Source of the DNA: an uncultured Dehalococcoidia bacterium
GTDB lineage: Bacteria; Chloroflexota; Dehalococcoidia; SM23-28-2; RBG-16-64-32
Reading direction: 5' to 3'
Length of the DNA: 64,000 bases
Assembly (NCBI GenBank): GCA_964649215.1
Contig: CAZYOV010000001.1
Location: 8,453-72,452 of the forward strand
Shown: piece after piece, positions 47,907-54,567 of the stretch
Layout of the letters: every line of letters starts with the position of its first letter
Numbering within the stretch: the first letter of the stretch is position 1
Notes under the pieces: generated by a model
Told to the model about the DNA's origin: nothing
What the model saw: only the letters and a program-made list of their open reading frames with translations
The model's database searches: none
Program-made: the position numbers and the translations under genes

Positions 47907-50015
47907 TCAGGCGTTTCGAGGGGGCACATCGGGGTTCTTCCGCGCCTTCAAATCGGAGTACAGCAGCGTTGAGGCCGTGAATGCGAACGGGAGAAGCATC
48001 AACGCGTACAAAGCCGCGTTCACCGTGTAGACCATATCGGTAACTGGCGGCGAAGCGAACAGAAGAAGAGTCATGGCTATGATCGGGCCCGGCAGTACGA
48101 CCACGATTATGATGGCGGTCAAAATTGCGAAGGTACGCCACCAGTTGCCCCTGACAGCCTCAGCGCTGGCGCTCAGCGACTCCTTCGCATTGCGGTCATC
48201 AAGCACTACCGCCTGTCCTACGAACCCCCAGGCGACGATCCGGTGGATCGCCCAAGGCGTCCCAATGATGGTGAAGGCGAGGACGACAATGTGGAACAGG
48301 GAGCGGAGGTTCGCACCCAGCAGCGTCCACAACCGGAGCAAGACGACACGGTAAGCGTCCCTGAAGCTGGCCCTCCGGCCGGCATCGATCTCCCCAAGCG
48401 CAGCGAAGATCGCGCCGCCCAAGATGATGGCGCTGAAGAGGGCCTGCGCGCCTCCCAAGGAGAACACCAGCAGCGACGTGGCCCCTTGGCTGGGTATGTG
48501 GTCATCGAGGCGAAGTTGTGCCTGAACGGCCGTGGCGGCGATGCCCAGTGGGATGAAGACGACCCCGATGGGCACGAACACTCGTAGATTTCTCAGATAC
48601 ATGATGGCAGCGTCTCTCCCAATCTGGCTCAACGCGCGCCGTCGCTGGAGCAGCCCCTTCCTCGGCGGCGCATCTGCCTCCACGGGCGCGCCACCGAATA
48701 CCCGCCTGGGTACACCCACTACCAAGAATCCGACAGTGGCCAGGAAGAAGAGCCCCATGGCCGCGCCAACCGGCGCCGGCCACTGCACCATCGCGTTCAA
48801 AAGGGACGAGCCGAAGCCGATGATCGCACAGATCGGCCCCAAGGGATCGATCCCTATAGCCTCGCCTTCGGGGATCTTCTCGCTGTAACTGCGGAGATCC
48901 TGCTCCCAGGTGAACGGCTTCTCCCATTTCTCCTTTTGCGCCGGCCCCGTCGGGCCGTCAAAGTGCTTACCCTGCAACTCGCCCCAGCGGCCCTCGAATT
49001 CGATCCAAGCGAAAGGGCTGTCAGCATCGGTCACCTCGGGAGGCACCAGCTGTGCCTCGAGCGGCACTCGCCTCAGCGGATCCGACGAGCCCTCACATCC
49101 GAACCCGGCGCCTTCACGGGCCACTCCTATGTAAATCCCCGGCTGGAAATAGTTGGCGTGCGACCCCCTGGCGACATAGACGGCCGGTCGACCCTCCTCC
49201 TTCTTCACCTTCCCTTCATCCCAGTCGGCGATTTCGCCCCCCTCGTGCTGCGACAACGCCACCCGAACAGGCTCTTGCTGCAACGCCTCGCTGGCTGAAC
49301 CGGCGTCGAAGGCGAGCTGGATCATCTCCCAGTCGCCCTCGTGAGTGTTGTTCCAGTCGTTGAAGTAGTAGAAGAACCAGTACTGCAGGGCGAACCCATC
49401 GAATCCTGGTTCCGTCTGGATATGAGCGTAGGCCACAGGTGGATTGCCGGCCTTCACCTCCTGGTAGTCCCGATCGTACGTGCAGCCCGGCCGCCTTGGG
49501 TTGCCCGGGAAGTCAAGAAAGAAGCCGATGTCTTTGTCGAAGACGTCTTGCGCACCAGGCCCCTCCGTCACGACCGGCTCGTCTGGGGCGTCCTCCCTGA
49601 GCGTCACTTCTGCGTTGTCCAGGACAATCTCGACCGGCGCCGGGTCGAACGGATCGCCATCACTATCGCACTCCTCGTCTTGCAGTCCGAGATAGACGAT
49701 GGGAGCGTACTTGGCGACGAGCTGCTCTTCGTCTGTTTGCTGTCGGAGCTCTCCAAGCCCTGGAACGCCTGGCGCGTGGTCCGCGCGCCCAGATTCCGCG
49801 CTCACAGCGCCACCGTCCGAAACAGCGAGGAGTAGCAACGCTGCAAACGCGCAGGCGTACAGGGTGAGGCGAAGAAGAGTCACTCGGTTACAGCTGCATA
49901 GGTCTTCATTTGCGTCAAGGCACCTCTGGTCCTCTCGGCCCGTCTGCCGCTCGGGCTGTCGCGGCGCAGGCGAGGTACTGACCGGCGAGTACGCGGAGCT
50001 CTCGCTCGAGGTCAC
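47907..50015 (-). CDS. Large secreted-domain plus polytopic membrane protein (Vps62-like HEGDWE motif)
   Basis: 702-aa ORF. The N-terminal half has YWFFYYFNDWNNTHEGDWEMIQL, reminiscent of Vps62-type domains. The C-terminal half has about 8 TM helices. The start is uncertain: ATG at 50015 overlaps the upstream gene by 100 nt, and GTG at 49883 lacks an RBS. Confidence 0.55.
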   Translation of the reverse strand: MTSSESSAYSPVSTSPAPRQPERQTGREDQRCLDANEDLCSCNRVTLLRLTLYACAFAALLLLAVSDGGAVSAESGRADHAPGVPGLGELRQQTDEEQLVAKYAPIVYLGLQDEECDSDGDPFDPAPVEIVLDNAEVTLREDAPDEPVVTEGPGAQDVFDKDIGFFLDFPGNPRRPGCTYDRDYQEVKAGNPPVAYAHIQTEPGFDGFALQYWFFYYFNDWNNTHEGDWEMIQLAFDAGSASEALQQEPVRVALSQHEGGEIADWDEGKVKKEEGRPAVYVARGSHANYFQPGIYIGVAREGAGFGCEGSSDPLRRVPLEAQLVPPEVTDADSPFAWIEFEGRWGELQGKHFDGPTGPAQKEKWEKPFTWEQDLRSYSEKIPEGEAIGIDPLGPICAIIGFGSSLLNAMVQWPAPVGAAMGLFFLATVGFLVVGVPRRVFGGAPVEADAPPRKGLLQRRRALSQIGRDAAIMYLRNLRVFVPIGVVFIPLGIAATAVQAQLRLDDHIPSQGATSLLVFSLGGAQALFSAIILGGAIFAALGEIDAGRRASFRDAYRVVLLRLWTLLGANLRSLFHIVVLAFTIIGTPWAIHRIVAWGFVGQAVVLDDRNAKESLSASAEAVRGNWWRTFAILTAIIIVVVLPGPIIAMTLLLFASPPVTDMVYTVNAALYALMLLPFAFTASTLLYSDLKARKNPDVPPRNA

Positions 50016-50268
50016 TACCGGAAATCTGGCCGATCAGCGCCTGGCCGACAAGTCTCATCAGGCGCGTTAGCTCATTGGGGCATCGGTCGATGCGGTCCAA
50101 CAGGCTGTCCGCCAGCTCGTCGATACGCCCATCCTGGATCCCCTGGGCAACGTCTCCGTCCCCGTCTCCCGAATCGAAAACGGCATAGCCGATACCAAAC
50201 GCCCCAGCGGCGACAGCCGCGGTGTACACAACGATCAGCAGGGCCTTTACGGGAGCACTCAGCGCCAT
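49915..50268 (-). CDS. Hypothetical single-TM protein
   Basis: ATG at 50268 lies 6 nt after GGGAGG. TM ALLIVVYTAAVAAGAFGIGYAV followed by an acidic soluble part. Confidence 0.4.
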   Translation of the reverse strand: MALSAPVKALLIVVYTAAVAAGAFGIGYAVFDSGDGDGDVAQGIQDGRIDELADSLLDRIDRCPNELTRLMRLVGQALIGQISGSDLERELRVLAGQYLACAATARAADGPRGPEVP

Positions 50269-50355
50269 CTGTCGACCTCCCAACATCGCAGCTGCTCAGC
50301 AGCCGGGCATGAGGGTTCATCCCCGTAGCCAGGTGGCGCTGGGGCGGCGACACGC

Positions 50356-50577
50356 TCAGCCGAGCAGCTTCGTCTTCTGCCTGGCGAACTCCTCGTCGGT
50401 GATGACCCCCTCATTGCGAAGGTCGGCCAGCTTCCTGAGCTCAACCACTCGAACAATCGCAGAAAAGTTGCTCCACATGACCAGTTGAACTAGCGGCGTG
50501 AGCAATAACAGCAGGAGCGGTACGACAACGAAGAATATGATCATGACCGACCAGAAGGTCGAGAGGTCAAGGAACAT
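50356..50577 (-). CDS. Small membrane protein with SHOCT domain
   Basis: 73 aa. TM FWSVMIIFFVVVPLLLLLLTPLV and SHOCT tail LRKLADLRNEGVITDEEFARQKTKLLG. RBS TAGGAGGA. Confidence 0.7.
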   Translation of the reverse strand: MFLDLSTFWSVMIIFFVVVPLLLLLLTPLVQLVMWSNFSAIVRVVELRKLADLRNEGVITDEEFARQKTKLLG

Positions 50578-50635
50578 TTGCTAGCGTCCTCCTATCTCCC
50601 TTCGCGTTGGCAGTGCCGCAGCCAACTCTCCATCG

Positions 50636-50702
50636 AGTGTGCCACCCTCGTAATGTCTTCGCATGGCAGAGGCTAATGATTTTCGTACCTATTTCTAGGT
50701 AG
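50636..50702 (-). promoter_or_regulatory. Conserved bipartite upstream element, copy L
   Basis: Minus strand CTACCTAGAAATAGGTACGAAAATCATTAGCCTCTGCCATGCG-N18-CACACT. Lies 59 nt upstream of the ATG at 50577. Confidence 0.65.
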
Positions 50703-50736
50703 GCAGCTTGACACCTTCTGCCCGGCTGGCCGAAGG

Positions 50737-52122
50737 TCACCTACGAGAGGGCGAATCACCGTGATCCTCCCCAGCGGACGGTTGGTCGCCGAGAAGCCTG
50801 GCGCCGCGCGGCTGCTTGATCTTGGTTTCCGGATCGCCGGTGATGAGGCGCACCCGTCGGTCCGCGAAGAAATAGTTCCGAATCCACGAAAGAAATACGA
50901 ACACTTTCGCTTGGAATCCCACCAGGAGCAAAACGTGCAGGCCGCCCCACGCCAACCAGCCGAGAAATCCACCCAGTTCGATCTTGCCGACGGACACGAC
51001 GGCCCGCCCCCGGCCGATCGTGGCCGTGGAGCCCTTGTCCTTGTAGCTGAACGCCGGCCTGTCCCGCGGGCCGACCCCCTGGAGGCCTCGACGAATGATC
51101 CCGGCCACGAACCGGCCGGCCTGGATCGCGCCCTGGGCGACGCCCGGGACTGGTTCGCCCGTCCTGGAGTCGACGACGTGCGCCGCGTCGCCGATGACGA
51201 ACACATCGGGGTAGCCGGGAATCGACATGTCGGATCCGACGATGACGCGGCCTGCCCGATCAAGCTCGATGCCCAGCGTCTTGGCGATCGGCTGGCCCTG
51301 TACGCCCGCGGCCCAGAATACGTTCTCGGCGAGCACGCGGCGCTCGCCTATCACGACTCCATCAGCGCCAGCTGAAGTTACGCGCGTATTGAGCCATACC
51401 TCAACCCCCATCTCTTCCAGATCGCGCCGCGCTAGCTCGCTCATCGCCTCCGGCATGGCCGCGAGCAGCCGTCCCGATCCCTGCATCAGGATCACGCGGG
51501 CAGTGCTGGTATCGACGAATCGGAAGTCCTTCGGAATCGAGCGCGAGGCTGTCTCCATGATCGCGCCGGCAAGCTCAACGCCCGTCGGTCCGCCCCCTAC
51601 CACAATGAACGTCAACTTGGCCCGGCGAGACGCGTCGTCCGCCTCCCACTCCGCTTCCTCGAAGGCCAGCAGTACGCGCCTGCGAATTTCGATCGCGTCG
51701 TCTAGTGTCTTTAGGCCGGGCGCGAACTCCTGATACTCGGGGTGCCCAAAGTAGGACTGCGTTGCACCAGTTGCCAGCACGAGATAGTCGTAGCGGGCCT
51801 CAGCTCGAGGGCCTCTGACAAGTTTGGCCTGGAGGTCAACACCCGTGACTCTCGCCAAGACAACCTGCACGTTCTTCTGACCTCGAAGAATCTTGCGGAG
51901 GGGCGCGGCCACATCAGACGGAGCGAGCTCGGCGGTGGCCACCTGGTAGAGAAGCGGCTGAAATAGGTGGTAGTTGTGGTGGTCTACCAGCGTAATGTCC
52001 ACTGGCGCGCGCCTAAGACCACGGACGACCTCCAGCCCGCCGAAGCCACCTCCGACGACGATAACCCTCGGTCGCTCTCCAGCCTCCGCGGCGTTCCGCT
52101 CAGGCACGGCCGACCCTACCAT
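50737..52122 (-). CDS. ndh: Type II NADH dehydrogenase (NDH-2)
   Basis: 461 aa. Two dinucleotide folds (RVIVVGGGFGGLEV, TFIVVGGGPTGVELAG) and a typical NDH-2 C-terminal membrane-association region. Confidence 0.9.
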   Translation of the reverse strand: MVGSAVPERNAAEAGERPRVIVVGGGFGGLEVVRGLRRAPVDITLVDHHNYHLFQPLLYQVATAELAPSDVAAPLRKILRGQKNVQVVLARVTGVDLQAKLVRGPRAEARYDYLVLATGATQSYFGHPEYQEFAPGLKTLDDAIEIRRRVLLAFEEAEWEADDASRRAKLTFIVVGGGPTGVELAGAIMETASRSIPKDFRFVDTSTARVILMQGSGRLLAAMPEAMSELARRDLEEMGVEVWLNTRVTSAGADGVVIGERRVLAENVFWAAGVQGQPIAKTLGIELDRAGRVIVGSDMSIPGYPDVFVIGDAAHVVDSRTGEPVPGVAQGAIQAGRFVAGIIRRGLQGVGPRDRPAFSYKDKGSTATIGRGRAVVSVGKIELGGFLGWLAWGGLHVLLLVGFQAKVFVFLSWIRNYFFADRRVRLITGDPETKIKQPRGARLLGDQPSAGEDHGDSPSRR

Positions 52123-52150
52123 CTGAAAGGCTGACCATCTTTACCGACCT

Positions 52151-52203
52151 CCTAAGAGACGGTGACGACCCTCTTGATGCCGGCACGCATCGATACTCTT
52201 AGG
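52151..52203 (-). promoter_or_regulatory. Nested inverted repeat in the ndh leader that includes part of the only strong SD
   Basis: Minus strand CCTAAGAG...GATGC-GTGCCG-GCATC...CTCTTAGG-AGG. The 3' arm overlaps the SD (T)AGGAGG. Confidence 0.3.
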
Positions 52204-52224
52204 GTGTCAGGCTCGGGAGTCGGT

Positions 52225-52752
52225 TCAGGCGTCATCGGCTCCTCGGTTAGCGTCGCCGGTTGCGGCTGCGTCCTCGATCTGCGCGGCTTCTTTCGCGCTG
52301 AAACCGTGTCGGAGGAATTTTCCCGGGTAAGTCTCCATGGTCTCCACGATCAGCTCCACAAACTGCGGCGCGGCCAGCGCCACCACGGCGGCGTTCCCCG
52401 GCTTCAGGCTGCTGCCAAGATCCTTCATCGCTCCGGTCTTGATGCCCGTGTCACGCAGCCTGCCCCAGGCACCGCCAATCAGCCCGCCGGCGAGCGCCGA
52501 GGCGATCAGGCTAGGCGGGAAGAACAGGCCCATGACGCCGGCGATCACGGCGCCGCGCCGGGCGCCCTTGCCTGTGGTGACTTCCCGCGTCTCCTTGATG
52601 TGCAGCTTACCGTCAGCGTCCTTCGTCACCATCGCCGCGTCGGCCAGTGTGATGGTGGAGGCGCGATGCATCCTCTGGAGCGCGTCGAGGATTGTCTTGG
52701 CGGCGTCCTCATCCTTATAGATGGAGGCCATTAGCTCAAGCTGGTTGCCCAT
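52225..52752 (-). CDS. DUF1269-like membrane protein (subtype 2)
   Basis: 175 aa with MASIYKDEDAAKTILDAL...GARRGAVIAGVMGLFFPPSLIASALAGGLIGGAWG. RBS TAGGAG. Confidence 0.75.
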   Translation of the reverse strand: MGNQLELMASIYKDEDAAKTILDALQRMHRASTITLADAAMVTKDADGKLHIKETREVTTGKGARRGAVIAGVMGLFFPPSLIASALAGGLIGGAWGRLRDTGIKTGAMKDLGSSLKPGNAAVVALAAPQFVELIVETMETYPGKFLRHGFSAKEAAQIEDAAATGDANRGADDA

Positions 52753-52871
52753 GACGATGCTCCTATCCGGGTGAATTCGATCTTGTGAACGTGCCTAATC
52801 TTGACGGGTGCGGGGCCGCCAGCTTACGCTGTCGTGCTGACCTACCCCCATGAACACCACAAACACAATAG

Positions 52872-52939
52872 ATTGTCGCGTGCCGTAGGAGCCTGGCACA
52901 CGGCAGAGATTAGGTATTCCCGTAACGATTTCTCAGTAG
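52872..52939 (-). promoter_or_regulatory. Conserved bipartite upstream element, copy M
   Basis: Minus strand CTACTGAGAAATCGTTACGGGAATACCTAATCTCTGCCGTGTG-N19-GACAAT. Lies 120 nt upstream of the ATG at 52752. Confidence 0.6.
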
Positions 52940-53256
52940 GAATTGCTGCCGTACCCCGCGGCGCCGCCTAGGCACGTACAGCGCGCGAACCGAGCGCGGA
53001 GGATCGAGAGGCTGCCGCCCAGCCAGGCGCACAATCGCGTTCCCTACCGCCGTCTCGTCACGTCGTCGGGTTTCACGTTCTCCGACCCGTTCTGAAGCGG
53101 GCCCGGCACTCTGGTTGGGTCCTGCGCTAACAGGGGGAGCGCCCGGGCACGGCGGGCATGGCTTCGGGGCCGATTCCGCTGAACAGCTCAGTGAACCAGT
53201 CCTCCACCGTGTGGGTCACCCAGAAACGTGCGCTATGCTCGTCGGCGTCACGCGGT

Positions 53257-53478
53257 TCAGCTCTTTGGTGCCGATTCCACTAGCGGCTCCCCGACCAGCC
53301 ACTCGGCTCCCTCCGTCAGGTCGCCGCCGCACCAGATGCAGCCGAAGCTGGCGTCCGTCCAAGTCGCCTTCTCGAGGAGGTGGTTGGGGTCGCACACCCA
53401 GACCTCGTAGCGGCACTGACACTCCCGGCTGCAGAAGGCGTGGAGCTCGCCCTTCCAGTCACACCAGATGACGATCAT
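53257..53478 (-). CDS. Small Cys-rich hypothetical protein
   Basis: 73 aa with 7 Cys (WCDW...FCSRECQC...VC...GCIWCGG). RBS AGAGGTG. Last gene of the 56892-53257 string. Confidence 0.35.
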   Translation of the reverse strand: MIVIWCDWKGELHAFCSRECQCRYEVWVCDPNHLLEKATWTDASFGCIWCGGDLTEGAEWLVGEPLVESAPKS

Positions 53479-53490
53479 CAGCCAGCACCT

Positions 53491-53757
53491 CTATCGGAAC
53501 CCAACGGGTGTGTCTCTGGGATCCCGGCGGGCTCGTTCGAACTCGTCGTGGCCGATCTCCCCACTTGCGTATCGCTGCTCAGCGAGCTGAGGCGGGCCAG
53601 CTCGGACCCCATTAATCCGACCCCGCAGGTCGGCTAGGGTCGAGAGAAGCAGATAGACGACCGTGACCCAGAAGATGGACCAGAGGACGCCGCCGATGAC
53701 GATCCACCAGTCCACTGGGGGAAGTGCTCTCCATTCCATTTTGTGTTCCTCTTTCAC
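53491..53757 (-). CDS. Small membrane protein with SHOCT-like tail
   Basis: One TM (WWIVIGGVLWSIFWVTVVYLLL) and the tail LAEQRYASGEIGHDEFERARRD. The GTG start shares 1 nt with the upstream stop. Paralogue of 57933. Confidence 0.6.
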   Translation of the reverse strand: MKEEHKMEWRALPPVDWWIVIGGVLWSIFWVTVVYLLLSTLADLRGRINGVRAGPPQLAEQRYASGEIGHDEFERARRDPRDTPVGFR

Positions 53758-53942
53758 TACGCCGCTCTGTTAGGCCAGATCCCGGCCTCCACCTTCACGG
53801 TGGCCAGCGCGCTTGTGAGCGGCAGCTCTTCCTCGGCGCGAAGGATGTAGCCGCATTGGAGACAGCCGACGTACTGCCCGTAGATGTCGGACTGCCGAAG
53901 CAGGTCCCCGTGGCAGCGGGGGCAGGCCTTTAACCACATCAT
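53757..53942 (-). CDS. Small zinc-ribbon protein
   Basis: ATG at 53942 lies 1 nt after the REC gene stop, with GGAG upstream. Reads MMWLKACPRCHGDLLRQSDIYGQYVGCLQCGY, i.e. CxxC...CxxC. Confidence 0.5.
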   Translation of the reverse strand: MMWLKACPRCHGDLLRQSDIYGQYVGCLQCGYILRAEEELPLTSALATVKVEAGIWPNRAA

Positions 53943-53943
53943 T

Positions 53944-54417
53944 TCATCGCTCCTTCCTGTGCGAAACGCGCACCGATCGGGGTCTTCCATGTGTGTTTCT
54001 TCGTCTCTGCTGACCGCCCTTGCTTTCAGACAGAAGTGCCGCCAGCATCCTGATGAGGTCCCAGGGGTCGAAGGGCTTGCCCAGGAAATGAGTGCCAAGA
54101 GGTCCGTACCGGCTGGTCGCCTCGTCACGGTCGAGGGCAGATATGACCACCCAGACAGGGCGATCGAGCTCGTTGGCCCGGCGGAGCCGGTCGATGACCG
54201 CTTTGCCGAGGCCGTCCGACAAGCCGAGGTCGAGGACCACCGCGTCGGTGGCTCCTTGGCCCTTGAGGATGTTCAACGCCTCTGCGCCGGCGGCTACCAC
54301 AGCGATATCAAACCCGGCGGCACCCAGGGAGAATCGGAGCATCTTGGCTATAGCCGGGTCGTCCTCAACCACCAGGACCCTCGGTGGCCGGTCGCGGACC
54401 GTCTGCTTGGCGCTCAT
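53944..54417 (-). CDS. Stand-alone receiver (REC) domain response regulator
   Basis: 157 aa with RVLVVEDDPAIAKMLRFSL...DAVVLDLGLSDG...FLGKPF. RBS GGAGGTGAG. Confidence 0.8.
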   Translation of the reverse strand: MSAKQTVRDRPPRVLVVEDDPAIAKMLRFSLGAAGFDIAVVAAGAEALNILKGQGATDAVVLDLGLSDGLGKAVIDRLRRANELDRPVWVVISALDRDEATSRYGPLGTHFLGKPFDPWDLIRMLAALLSESKGGQQRRRNTHGRPRSVRVSHRKER

Positions 54418-54567
54418 CTCACCTCCAACGGTAGAGGCGGGAAGTGCAAAGCACGTGAACGTCCAGGGTGGGTGGCGTCAAAGAAGCGTGAACGCCCGAG
54501 GTCAGAGAGAAGTGCTAGCGGGGCCCGCGGTCAAAAAGTTGGCTTCTACCCCGGGGACGAGAAGCCC

